Below, in pieces: positions 1 through 15,200 of a DNA stretch of 64,000 nt (its first letter is position 1; every line of letters begins with the position of its first letter). Origin of the DNA: Trichoplax sp. H2 (taxonomy: Eukaryota). The position numbers and the translations under genes were made by a program. The notes below the pieces were generated by a model. The model saw only the letters and a program-made list of their open reading frames with translations. It was not told where the DNA came from and did no database searches. The DNA lies in NCBI GenBank assembly GCA_003344405.1, contig NOWV01000255.1, forward strand, positions 1-64,000. The letters are read 5' to 3'.

Positions 1-289
1 AAGTGGATTAAAGGAGATCTCTTTAGGTGATAGGCCAATTTCTTTATCCTTAGTTTATTATGTGTAATTGTCTATCATAGTTTGATTCGTATGAATCATT
101 TCAGTAGAGACTCATTTTTGTAGCTGAAACAGAATATATTTTTTAAACCTGTCAATTTGAGTCCTATAGAACGACAACAATGCCTCTTAAATATTTGATT
201 TTTCGCCATCATAATTTAAAGTTCAAAGGCCGTTAATAGTAATTCAAATTAACCTCTAATAAATACTTTTCAAATACTTTATTTTTTAG

Positions 290-3200
290 GTACGCAGAGT
301 AAAACATTTGATTGTGCTGTACATTGTACTTGCCAAAAGGAAATCATGCAATGCCTTGGCTCTGAAATGCATGAAATACCAACTATCTTAGAACGAAATC
401 AATCTAAATTTACAACTTTGTGAGGAATAAGGAATAGAAGCAGAGTTATACTAATCAATACTTTGAAAAAATTATTATACTATTTTGCAATTCATGACTT
501 ACAAATATCACTTTTATTTTATCTATAATATAACATAATTAGAAAGATTAAAAGGACAGGAATAGAGAAATTAATAAATGGAAGTTTTTTATCCTATCAC
601 GGACTGAGAAAGCTGTAATTTTTGCCTTTTATCGATAAGTGAGAGTATTTCATGATCGGTGACAGCTCTAATGTTTTTGATGTATCTTCTGAAATAGAAA
701 CTTAAGGTTTAATAAGATTCAATCTATTGAAAATAATTCTTTCATTGGTTTAGAAGGATTATCTGAACTGTAAGTTATTTATTCAGTTTATGTATTAAAT
801 TTACTTCATTTTTAGCTAATTAATCTATTTAATCCTTTCGTTATGATAATACGATTATTAAATTGCTAGAATTATTGTCTTATTAAGTTGATAAAATTTG
901 AGTAGAAAAATTATATTTTTATTTACACTAGCGATTTAACTGGGAATAGAATTAGCGTCTTATCGCAAGAAATGTTGACTGGACTAAAGAATGTATGGAA
1001 TTTGTAAGTTAAACTTGTTACTACATGTTTAATTTGTTATTGAATATCTCTCGGATTTACTATATCATATATAATAAATAGTAAGGATTAGTAGTTACAG
1101 CTCAATATTGTGTTTATTTAAAAAGCTAATATTTAATTAAGATATGTTCGTATCGTTGACAACGGACAACAATGGACCATTTTATATGAAATAGATCAAT
1201 ATTTCATAGATCTGTGATGAACAATTTTCGCGAATCTGTATTAATAACTGACAATGATGTGATCTAAATTTATAGAATTTTAATGGATAATTTAATCACT
1301 CAAATCTTTGTCGATACATTTAGCCGACTGAAAAGTTTACGTGTGCTGTTAAGTATTTGGCCAAACTTCAATTTCTATAGCTCTTCAATTTTTCATACGT
1401 ACGCGTATTTACATTATATTATTTTTATATTCTTATTTTTTGAATATAACGTATAGAAACTTAAGTTATAACCGGATTGCAGAAATTCAACCCAAAACAT
1501 TTTATTACAATAATAAAATGTTCTATTTGTACGTATAAAAAATATCATGATAAACTTAGAATAGGATTTATAGCTCGAAGATACTCAGTAATCATATCCA
1601 GAGCTAAGTACAATTTTTTATAAAATTGCCAAATTCTTTCACACATCATCTACTTCGGGTATTGTATAATAAGGATCTCATATTAGTTTTCATAAAAATA
1701 GTTATGTTGACTACAATTAAAACGTAGCTGTCAAAGCAATTACATTGTTGCCGCAAAGCTAAGACTTTACTGCAACCGTCAAATAGTTACACTGATTTTG
1801 ATTATGTTAAGTATTTAGGTATATACGTTCTAATTAAAGTTCTTAATATTCGGTAGGCGAGTACTACAAATTAATTTTGTAATAAAGTACGTTAAATCTT
1901 TCAATGTCGTTTTTGAATAGCATAGCTATTAATAGTTTTAGAAACAATTCCATGGTTACAACGTAAATATCTTATGACTAAATATAGTATGCGTAGACTA
2001 CATAATGTTCATTTGAGAGACTGCTGTCAGCAGTAAGTACTATATTTAATAAAAAAACTTATACAAACTAGAAATTACCTGAACGGGGCTAAACTAACAA
2101 AATTATTCGAACACAGCAATGACTATTGATCACCATAGTAGCATAATACTGTAATAGGAATGTTATTATATTAGATAACGTTAGAAAGCTCAGAATATTT
2201 GATCATGAGCTTATTTCGTAACCAGAACTCCGTCGATATTTTGTAGGAGTACAATTATTGATATTCTTTTCCTTAAACTTTTTCAGAACATATTTTCAAA
2301 AAATTATCCAATAGCTAATTTTATCTATTGAAATCAATTAAGAGATATCCGTAATAGATAAATTTTTACCTTTTACTGATCAGTATTCATACCGATATTA
2401 ATTGATTTAATAGGAACTTAAAACGTAATTTTATGCGAAGTTTTACATCTGAAGCATTCAGTAAAAACAATACTCTTCAAAACTTGTAAGTTGGTGAAAA
2501 ATAGTTTAATTTTGAAGATATTCTTGTATTGCTGTTTTTTTGATTTGTGATAGTGGATAATCATACTGGAAATAACTTTATTTATTTATGCAGTTATATG
2601 ACATTTCTATCTTCAATTAAGTCATCACTTCTGTTTACAATAACAATTAAACAGTTTTCATTTCATTACTATCTTAATTTACAGTCTATTGTATATTTGT
2701 AAATTAGAAAATTGCATGATAATTTCATGGTGCAACTTCGTCAAGGATCAATGGATACAGTTCCGAACTTGAATTATTTGTAAGTTGAATAGATAAAAAA
2801 TTGAATGTATTTTAGCCACAATTTTAGCTGCGGTCTTGATGACGCTGATATTTAAATTGATTTACTAAATTTTAAAGTTATAATCTGAGCAAATATGGTA
2901 CCGATAATTGTTTTTTATGTTTGTATATCTTTCCTGTCTATCTAAAGAATCTATAAATGTGATATGATTACTACTATAGAAGTCTTAGCCGATCAACGAG
3001 ATAGTCAATATTTTTGTATCTATATACATGCTCTCAAATCATAATTAAATTTTGATTGATCCTTCTCTAGAAGAATCGCTTATCTTAATCTAAGGCTATA
3101 GCAGATTAGTCTTAATTTCCAATCTGTTGAAGATCATTATATCTAACATCAAATGGATCAGTAATTACGAAAAGATCCTTATATTTTTATTTTCATTCGC

Positions 3201-6200
3201 TTCATCACCTTTCTATTGATTTAATGCAGCTTCATCAATAAAGCTATGTATATATAATATACGTGCAGCATCTGAAAGTTTTTAATGTAGAAATGACAAA
3301 TCTTATCTTACTTCCGGAACTTTTTAAAATTAATAATAAATGTCTTACATCATTCTCAATGATGCAACATTAAATGATGTTTATTCATCTTTTAAATCTT
3401 AGATTTAAAATATAAATTACTCAATAGCGATAACTTTATACAATCATAGTTTGGTTACTGGGTAGCTAAGGTCATAATGAATGCTAGTATTTCATATAGC
3501 CATATTGTTGCTCTTGTATGCTTTATTTCTTGGTTTTATTATGTTAATTTCTATAATAGAGTTTCCGGAATTCATTATAATCTGTATAATTACATATTTA
3601 GGTATATTGGAGGGAAGTTCTTCACAGGATTTGACGCAAACAGTTTACATCAGTTTAATAATTTAAAATTATTGTAAGTTCCCTTAGCGATATTAATATT
3701 TGAACCACATTAAAATATTTTAAGCCAAGAAATAATGCAGTTGTCAACGATTTTATTGATTAGCTAAACTATGACCTATAATGTGCTGAAATAATGCTTG
3801 CTATTGCTTCAGATTATTTGTTAGATGTACCAGTATTTTTTAAAGGCTAGAATTTTTGCGTAGGTTTATTGTAGATTTTTACTTTACTTTAGTTAAGGTT
3901 AAACTAATATGGTTGGATTTTATTTTGTTAAACGTGACTGTATTCGATCAGATTTGACTAGAGAAAAAGGTATTATTGATATTTGTAGAAGATAAAAATA
4001 GCTGTAGTCAATATAATTTTTTTGTCGTTGCAGATACATTCGATTTGGAAATTTTTCCGCTCTTCAGATCAATTCTCAAACATTTGCCAATTTATCTACT
4101 TTGACTGACTTGTTCGTAATTTTTTAAATCTATGTTATTCAAGAATGACATAAATATTATTGTTTATTAAAACCGAGTTTTGATTTCTAATATTTGATAA
4201 TATATCGTAAATCTTGGACTATGATCTAATTTGTAGATTACGAATCAGATTTATGCAATCTCGATATATTTTACTATAATTAGAAACATCGGAGCAATTA
4301 ATACAGGGAAGATTACAATTGCTTCTAAGGCATTTTCGATGAATCGAAATTTGAAGAGACTGTGAGTAGCAGCCAGTAAATTTTATGCGTATCTTTCATG
4401 TGGTGTACTTTTATGCTGTCATAAAGTAACGGTAAAGTTATGGTGTAGGATTAGACATCAAATTGTAAGTATGTTTCTAGTACGTTAGAATATTGCAATG
4501 GTATCTGCGGTATAGAAAATCGCGCATTGGACCGGTTAACGAAACTCTTTTCGGTGTAAGTTTTTTATTTACAAAGTCTAGTCGAGTTTATGTATATCAG
4601 CGCCATGATTTGATAAATCAAAATAATTATAATTTAAAGTTTGTTTAAGCGCTAGATAGTTAGATCCTGTTGACATAAATTAAATTCTAATTATAACTAT
4701 GTTAATTCTTACTCTTATTGTGCATTTCTTTTATAATTATTACGTATAATTTCAAAGTAATATCAGGTACACACGTATAGAAAATTTGCCTCTTGGATTA
4801 TTCAGTGAGAAACCAAACCTAAGAATAGTGTAAGTTGGCTTTCTTTATGCAGTACAAATGTGCAATGGATCGAATCATAAAATAAGCATGAGCTATTTTA
4901 AAGTAATTGCAATTATAATAAAAGTAAGAAAAAAGCTATGCGGTTCTTTGATGATTTCATAGCTTGATAGTAGAATTTGGTATGCTCTTTAAGAAGTTGT
5001 TACCCTCCTGATTGATTGTTAATCATGCATTTTCCTATAATTTCTATACTGTAGATACCTACAAATGAATAAGATTAGAGTAATACCAGATGGAATTTTT
5101 AATCATTCAACAAGAATTAGTAAAATGTAAGTTGCTTTTTCAAATAGTACTTGTAATGTTGTTAACGAACTAATTATTAGCGTAACTAGCTAAGTATACC
5201 TATGGTGGAAATAAAATTTATTGAAATAGTTGAAAATGGATTACGATCCTAAAGCATGGCCGAAGCATTAACATTTCGCTCTCGAATATCCTTCAAGAGT
5301 GAAAATTTAAGTCTATGACATGTTGTCAATTCTAAACTTGCTGTAAATTTGTAATGGATATGTATCATATCTGAGAGAGTAACCTTTATCATATAGAATC
5401 TTTATATCGTCACTACTAAGGCATACAATGTAATGGCTCATAGCGCCAACGTTCATCTCCATTTATGTGAATAAGTTTTATAACTTTATTCGTCTTTAAA
5501 ATTGAATGCTTCTGTGATTACAATAACTCTCTACACGTACAGTGTCGTGTTATCATGTCTTTACATGATAAGCGATAATACCTAACATTTGCGGTACTTA
5601 TCAGAGAATTTACATGTTTTCTTTGATTGGAATAGATATCTAAATGATAATCAGTTAACTAAGCTAACAAGCTCCATTTTTGCTCATTTATCAAAGCTAA
5701 CTATAATGTAAGTTATAAAACGAAATATCTTTATGTAAAGTAAAAGATTGAAATAAATTTCAATCGTAGGGGACGTTACAAATATTTTAACGTTCAAATT
5801 AAAATTCGAAACAATTTTATGTTTACATAGTGATTTATATAATAATCGAATTGCATATATCCAAGACGGAGCTTTTCGGGGCTTAGCGAAGTTAAAATAT
5901 TTGTGAGTTGTCATAAAATGTCACAATTTCATCTTGCTAACTAATAATTACTCGTCCAGCTTCTAACGAAATCGAATAATATTATTAATAGCTATTCGTT
6001 ATTACATATTATTCATTATATTACCTTATCATGATTTAAAGATAAGTATTTAAATCAAGTCGGACCTTTATTTCTCTGGTCACAATTTAGGTTATTGGAC
6101 AGAAACAATATCAAAAGTATTGATATGAAAATCTTTACTGGTCTAACCGGCCTTAGACAGTTGTATGATTTGTTCTAAATAGTAATAACTGTTTAGCAAT

Positions 6201-9200
6201 ATGTTATCAAAGCTTATATTTATTGAAAGTCAACCAGAATTGTTTTAGCAGCAAAAGCTATGCTACATATGAATGCTATATTTTTAAGTCACTTTATTTA
6301 CCTATTGCTAGATGTATTATTAATACATGCTTAGACAGAAGAATTCCACGTAGCATAGACAGATAGTTTAATTCTTAGGAATCAGCATAACAGACACATA
6401 TCAAAGATTAATAATATAATTTTAATTTTATAGCTTAAAAATAATTTAATAATGATTTCATTATCGAATGTCATTCTGGGGAAATTATATTGTTTGACCG
6501 TCGTATTTTGAATGTAGAACGCTGTTTTCATTTCTAATACGTTTATATTTGATCTCTATAAATTTTACATTCACCGTAATTAACAGATTTCAAAGTAAAT
6601 ATGTGTGTTTCAAAGTAGAATATTGCCCTAATTAATTGGCTCTTTCATTTTAAAATTCAGGAAGTTATCCTCTAATCGAATCCTTAAATTGGTTAATAGA
6701 ACTTTTTCCACGTTCATTTCACTAGTAAAACTGTAAGTTTATTGTACGGATAAATCTAAATAATATCATAGAATAATATCTAACAAAAATATTGCTTTAA
6801 AATTGTAAAGATATATGTGATATTAGATTAAAAACTCGAACTATTGTCAATCAGCTATTGAGCATCATTTTATATTAACAGTGAATTATCCAGCAATCTC
6901 ATTGAAGTTATTGAACGTAATGCATTTACTGGCTTGATTAATATTGAAACTATGTAAGATTTTATATGATTTAGCTTTTAAAAAGATGTTCGTTCATTTC
7001 AGTTTAAACAAAAAATTTTCAATCACAGAAATAATTAAATTTCTTGATTAAATACAAATGTATTGAGAACATTACCTCACAATATGATTCATGATAGAGA
7101 TCTGTCAAGTAATAATGTTAACAAGATTGAAAGTCAAACTTTTTCCAATTTATCCAAATTAAAGACATTGTAAGTATATCTATATTACAATCACAGTTAT
7201 CATTTTCTCGATTCAATATTTCCTTTGCTATTGCGAAGTGAATATTAAATTGTATCGTTAGACAGAAAAATTACTGATCGAGCTACATATATGTATCTTA
7301 GTCTATTATAAGATAAATTTGCCTTTGCAATTATATTTTCGGCCTTAACTTAACTCTTTATGAAATTTTTTGCAAGCAGAAAGATAGGCAAGATATTGAC
7401 GCTTAGCTGTTTTACGAGTACTTATTTCATACAATCTTAATAAAATTTGGCGGCATTCTTTACTGTGCTATATTCCTTTCAGAGTTAATAAGCTAGATAC
7501 TTAGAGCATGAGTATATGACAGCAGTACCAAGGATTTACCAATCAGTTTTTAGGATCGTTCGCCTCGAGGAAGGCGCACTGTTAGCATCTTGATCAGCAG
7601 GTCTAAATTATTAAAATAAATTTACAAGTATTTCTAGAACCAAATCGTTTAATCTATAAAAAGCATGATAAGAGTTTGTTTACGAAAGGTTATTTTGTGG
7701 CTATCATATTTTTGAATTAAACGATGCATCCGTTCGGCACTGATTAAAACCGTGTTGAATCTCTAATCTTAGCGTAATACTTGAAAGATTCTTAGATAAT
7801 AATGCCATCGACAATATTGCAGTTGGAGCATTTAAGGGATTAATTAGATTAAGAGAATTGTAAGCTCTTAAGATTTTGAAGTATTTTCGTCTTATATTTC
7901 GAGATATGTCTTTTTGTAAATTAATATGTACATTAAAATTTAGATGGCTGCAGGGAAATAATTTGGCATTTATTAATAGTGGTATGCTGTCATATTTAAG
8001 CAATTTACAAATCTTGTAAGTATTATTAGAATAATCATTTTCTTAAGTCAAAATTAAATGAAATTAGATATAAATGAGATTAGATATAAATGAGATTGGA
8101 TAGATATTTTCATTCGTATTAGTGTCTATTTCTGTTTGTTACTCAAATTCTTAAAAGATATGTATTAGTTATACGAACATTTATTAACGGTACTTAATAT
8201 TTACGAGAATATAGACTGCAATAATGATGAGCTGTTTAAGATTAAATTAGTTATTTATAAGTAATTTATTCCTAATTTGCTAATTTAGGCAATTATCTGA
8301 CAATCAAATAAGCTATCTGGATAATGACAGCTTAAGTTCCCTAATTAATCTTGATATGTTGTAAGTATTAAATTGTTACATTTTATTTGTGGGATACTTA
8401 ATATCGAGCGATTGCATTTAAAACTGATACTAAATATAAAGTTTATTGTCTTAACTATCGAATAGAATTCAAGTTTAATAGGTATATATTTATTGCTTAG
8501 AAATTTGGCGAATAACAGACTTACTAATCTCTCCTCCGCTGCAATGAATGGTTTAATTGCTCTAAGTACCTTGTAAGTATTATAAAAATATTTACTGGCA
8601 ATGTAATAATTGTCGAGTAACTTTGCTATTGCTTACAGTTAGCAGCATAATTTATTCTGTAACATCATTCCTTTGATACTGCTAATTTGATAAGGTACCA
8701 ATCTTCTCTCACTTTAATTTCCATTAAAATGTGATATAATAACTAGGTATTTGGACGAAAATAGGCTAAAACAATCTAACTTTATTCAAAATTTACATTT
8801 ACCAAAATTACGTCAATTGTAAGCGCGTACTTAGCTGTACGAAAATCAAAATATCTAAATTGAAATTATCGTACAAGTACTGGAGTTAAAGGTTTACAAT
8901 ATTCTATTACTTTTGAAAGGTATTTAAGAAATAATGAGATTAGAATCTCAGGACAAATTGTGATAGACAAATTATATCAGTTAGAGATGATGTAAGTGTT
9001 AATAAATAAATGATGCTAAAGTATATTTGTTTTATTCTTTCTTATTACATCAAAGTATAATGTCAACTGACAGGTATTACAGATATGTCTTAAAGTTTAT
9101 TACAAAAGTCAACAACTAATTTTAATCTCATTTCCTCATATTTAGTGCATTAGATGGGAACTTAATATCCAGTTATGATAGTATATTATCATCTCAAAAT

Positions 9201-12200
9201 AGTATCATTAAAAACATGTAGGTTAAGATAGAATTACATCTGCTACTTTTAATTTAAATCTAAGCCTTAATGATACTTATAATTCTGTTCTACTATAGCC
9301 CTAAACAAGAAACAACAGGCTTTAATTATGTTGGAATATAGAACTTTGCTATTTAATGTCTTCTGCTTTTACAATATTAGATCGTTATCCAGGAGCAAGA
9401 TTAGCAATCACTACCGTCAGCCGATGAATATTTCCTTGAAATGTCATGAGCTGTATGAATTCCATACTTAAATATTGAAAAAATTTAATATATTTAACTT
9501 AAGTTTTCTGTTTTACTTCTAATATACTGTATATGTAATTGATGTATCGCTTTAAAGAAGTGTATTTGAAGTTTGTTTGGATGATATATTACCTAATCGT
9601 AGTGATGCACCCATACTTGATTAAGTTGATCACTATATTTGATATAACTGAATTAAAATTATTAGATGTTATCGTGTTGCTAATATTAGAAATAATCCTA
9701 GTTCTAAAATTAGTCATTGCTGATTATCGATTATTTTTGAATATCTGAATATGGTTTGTGACCTATAAGAATAGATGTGCTGTAATTGTGAAGATATCCA
9801 ACACCTTGCGATGTTGGACTATTAACTTAAGAGTGATCATACCTCTTAAGTAAATAGATTTCTACCGTAGAAATGTTGCTTATTTATTTGAAGAAAATAA
9901 AGAAATTGACTATCAATCATATTAAATCTCTTTTGAGATTGGTAAACCTCATATATACGTACTGTGTGTATTTTTATATTGCAGGGATTTATCATATAAT
10001 TATCTTCATCATTTACCGCAATTTCATGGGCAAGATCAGATAGAAAGGCTGTAAGGCTACTTTTATTGATATAAGTAAATTCTTTTTATTATTTCTAGCC
10101 AGCTAAATTGCTGGTTCCTTGAATAGTATTTATTAATATAGCGCAGACTTTGCTTAATTATTATCATGTAATTCGTGGTCTGTAACCAGATCAACAGAAA
10201 TTACGTGGTTACTTTAGTATTAGTAGATGAGCGTAGCACGGTGGAACAAGGTAGCGTAACAATCAGATTATTTTGATACAAGGATTCCATGTATTTACTT
10301 GCATAAAATTATCTTCTATAAAAGGAATTATTCTATGAATATATGAATTTAATCTGTTACTATAAAAGTAGATTTTATATTATTTTACCACATTGCTTAT
10401 TTTATGTCATCTAGAAATTTATCCTATAATAGGATATCTTTGCTTTCAGCGGACCGTTTATCAAGTTTAAGTTCATTAAAATTGTTGTAAGCTTATAAAT
10501 TCTCATAGAAGCTAGGATTAACGCCATTTGTTGCACCTAAATTTAAGATAGTTTCATTTGTCAGTGATCTAAGAGGAAACAAAATAACAAATATTCCAGT
10601 TGGATTTTTTCAAAGGTTAACAAGTCAGAAATATATCACAGATATGTAAGTTGGAAAAAATACTTAAATTTAGCTGTTTGTCGAATGCCAGTGATAGGAA
10701 GAGCTAATACATCTATCTCATATAGCAATTTATCAACGAATCGCCTTGCCTTTTTTCATGAAGATACGTTAAGTTCATTAAGTGAATTAAATTACTTGTA
10801 AGTTTAATGGAAATATTGTTAGATTCGCAGCTACGAGTATTTTAAAGAAAATAGTACGTAGGTGTTGATGATGTACTAAATATAATTTATATTTTTACTC
10901 TTTTTGATGTTTTTCAGACAAATTGGTAGTAATCTTCTTGATTCTATCCGATTTTTGAAGAATGCTTCAAGTTTGATAAGTCTGTAAGTCAACTTTGTAT
11001 CTTAATGTCACGGTACGAACTACCATGAAGAAATAGCCATCTAAATTTGGTTAATATAATATAGTGATATTATATTACAACTAGTTACTTACAATAGGAA
11101 TCACTCTAATTATAAATGTGTTACAGTAAATTTAATGCTGTGCTGCAATGTGCACTGAAATGATTCTGTGAATGGACATATTGTATTCCGACTGTGAAAA
11201 ATTAGTTAGTAGATGTTCTCACCTAAGTATTTTTATAAGAGGACTCATGAATGTTAGCTGCTGTAGATGGGTATATAAGCCCGTCAGATATTTGAATAAA
11301 GTAGTTCTCAATTGTCTAGTTGAGTTTAACGTAGAATCAATGGCGTCTAAATTCTTGTGCGATAGTAAAGGGATACTGAATCCCGGAGACTATAGTAATT
11401 TAGAGATTTATTTTACGTTATCCTTGTCACGAAGCTGGTTTGTGACACCCATCTCTCTATCTTTGAATTTTTTTAATGTGCATGATATTATAGTGCATTG
11501 CTCTAAATTTTACTCGTAGTCAAGATACAGGGCCGTCTTTCCTAACACGCTTTTTACTTTGTCTTATACAGGACGTTAATCAATAATAATATTGATCGCC
11601 TTGACAAAATTATTCTGGACGATTTGAAAAAATTGCAAAAACTGTGAGTTAATTAATGATTCTTTCACTTAACAACTTTAATAAATAGCCATATATTTTA
11701 TATTGATAAAGAATGGTGATTTATAGAATTTACTATAGTTTGCACAGCATTTGTTTAGTTTTGATAAATCTCCAGCATTATGATTTCTTTGCGATACATT
11801 TTAGATAAATAAATAAAAATAAACTAATCCATCGATAATTTCACCTTAAAGATCTGTGCAACAAAACTTTATAACAAAATTAGAATCTGGCTTATTCAAA
11901 TCGCTGAGAAACCTTACTAATCTGTAAGTTTGAAAGACCTTCTATACTTGCTACGTTATTTTTGGTCATCAAATCTAGTTTATTTTTGTCTTAATAAAAT
12001 ACTGCTGGAATTACTTTCGCACCCATTTTTTTGGACCATGCTATTCCTTAAATCTTAAATTATTTATTTCTATGGATCTTACTGCCAGTAATTGAGCTAT
12101 AACTACTCATCAGAGATTGTTATCAGCAAGTATTAACGTGAATATTTTGTGTTCTGTGCATTTAGCATTTTAAATCTATTTAATTTACCCAATATGCTAA

Positions 12201-15200
12201 TTTCAGCAAGATATTTTTCGGCTATGAATAGCTTAATATGTTGCAGCTTAGCCCATTTCTTGGTCTGCGATATTGTTTTTAAGGAAGTGCTAATCCTGTA
12301 TAAATAATGTAGTGTCTTGAAAAGTCATGCATATAATTTATGATTCGTGAGCACTATTTATGTTCAAGCTAGTATCATTCCATTCATTTTTATTCAATTT
12401 ATTGTGCCATCCTGAGACTTTTATATATTTCTCTTTTGTGGCACCAACTATCACAGATATAAAAAATTTGGACATTTTTCATTATTCTAGATACGAAATC
12501 TATAGTTATGATTGTAATCGTAAGATAATTTTGATATCAATGGATCTTTTAGTTGGATTGTTCCCTAATAGAATAATGTAGGCCATACTAAAATCATTTT
12601 GATATAGATTTTGCGTTATTTATTGTAATTCCTGCATAATAGAGATCTCTCATCAAATAAGATCAACATCATCGAAGAGAATGCTTTTGACGGACTAGAT
12701 CAACTTCAACGCCTGTAATTGTCTTGCTTATACATGATCTAGATATATACCATAAAATGTTTAAAATTTCGCTTTCCAAAGTATCTAACAATTTACTGTA
12801 ATAGACAATAGTATTTAGACTCTACTTTTCTGTCTAGTCTAATCAGTCTTCTTATTTCTATTTTAAAGATACCTGGACCATAATCAAATATCGGACTTGA
12901 CATTTCTACGTTCTATTAGTTTAAGAAATTTACAGTTAATGTTAGCAATGATCTAGGTCAATCGTCCGTTATAGCTGGAGTAAATTGATTTTTTCACTCG
13001 CAGATCGCTAAGGGAAAATCAGATAAATGAATTACATGGCCGAGATTTTAAGACTGTTCTTAGTTTAACGGCAATGTAAGTTTATAGACCAGTCGATGGT
13101 AACCTTGTTTCGCGTTTTTCAATCCTAGATTTACTTTATTACAAAATTTTTTACTTTATTTATCTTTATAGTTATTTGGATTATAACAATATTTCAAGCT
13201 TAATGGATACAATTTTTAATCAGCTTTACAAACTTCAAACTTTGTAAGTGACGGTATTAGTTAGAGTATAGGTCTCTCATTTTATTTGTGTCTTATTCCA
13301 CTCTTATATTTAATTTATTTTTGTCTAAACTATTTTTTCCTTATTTCTAAATTAGCTCCATAACCCACAATAGAGTAAAATCATTAATTTGCAATCGTTA
13401 TTATCATCAAATACGTCGAATTTCTCTAAAGGCTATGTAAAAATAACATAAATATATTTTTGTGATAATATGTTAAAGGACTATGTAGATTGGCAATAAA
13501 TTTCTCCATTTTATTAACATTTTGCGGGCATACCATTTTTTCTGGTTAAGGTACCTGACATATAATGATATTACATTCATATCAGATCAATGCTATTCAC
13601 TTTTTGAAAATCTGTCGGGTTCGCTGTAAGTTTCATGGGCTTACATGTATAAAATGATGTTGCATATTTAATTTTCAGAAGAATGAATTATCTAAAAATA
13701 TTTCACATTTGTGCTACGATTAATATCTTAGTGGTTCATATCTATAATTTGTTATTTTAAAGCATATTTTCTAAATTCCAGGGATATTGGATTTAACAAT
13801 CTGGCTCAAAATATTCCTGAATTCGCCTATCGCATATTCCGCCGCGATTTACAACTGACTCGGCTGTAAGATTAAACCTATTTTCCTGTTAATTTAAAAA
13901 TGGTTTATGTCATGAACTTGTTTATGAAATTATTACGGTATAACTTTTCTGTAGCAACTTGTACATGGTTATGATATGATAACTTATGCAATATTATAGT
14001 TATAACGGTTTATCCATGACGTTACATAATTTCTATACTGTAATATAAGATCGTATGATAAGCAAAGGTTAGAGAGGACAGGCCTGACAGCAGGCTCATA
14101 GCGTGCTTAATTTTCTCCTTTCAAATCTCGATTTTGTAATATGAATATTGGAGATATATCGTTGATTCAATCTTAAAATTAAATATTTTATTGATTTAAT
14201 TCCCTCTTAAAATTAGATGGTATCAAAATTGATAATAATTACATTATGAAAATCTTATTTCGTAGTGGGATCAGTGGAAATGGATTTACTCACTTATGGC
14301 AGTCTTATCGTAATGGTTTTTTCAAAAAAGAGATCGGATTGTAGGCGACTCTATTTAATTGATAGATTTTTACAATTTCTAGTTACAATAAGTCTTATTG
14401 ATATCTCAATTTTTCATTCTATAATTTCTTATTTATAACTATTGATATCAATTTTGTTTTAGAGACATTAGTTATAACAATTTACCAGCAGATGAAGTAA
14501 AAAACCTGATTGGCAACATCTTTCCTCTTTACATTTGTCGTTACTTCAGAAGGATTGGAAGAGAAAGTATATTATTATACATGTCTCGTTGCTGGTCTAC
14601 GTATTTGTAAGTTATTTCTTTATTACACTTTCTACAAAGAGTCACAGAATTTCTAGAATATATAATAAAATTACGGTAGCAAATACTTACGAATACACTC
14701 TCACTTACAGAGGTTTAAGTGGTTTAAAATTACGGCAACTTCCAGGCGACGGTTTACGATCTCTAGAAGGCTATATTTATGCCTTGTAAGTAGAAATCAA
14801 CAAGTGATTGAAATAATTATATGATAGAGTAAATAATACTTGATTTAAAAAAATTTTAGCCGGTAAGATTAGGAATTACTATATATGTACTATTATATAG
14901 TGACAAATACTTGACGACGCCTCTATATACTTTCAAATTGGTAAAAGTTACAATAAATATAGCAACATTTTACCATATTTTACATATATTCAGATTACTA
15001 TTAGAAATAACATTTTACAGCGGACAATTGGCAATCCAATTTAGAAATGCCTGCAGTATTTGCGTAGATATTGTTTCTACCATTCAGAGTATAGTAAACT
15101 AACAATATCCTGATATATGAATTATATTTCTATTTTTGCCTCTAACTTTAATAGTAACGCGGCACTCTACTGCATGTGCTTATCTGTGCTCTAGCGTAGA

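Noticed and set aside
14994..15102. Possible extra exon in copy 1 between LRR exons 44 and 45
   Set aside because: No LRR consensus and no counterpart in copy 2.
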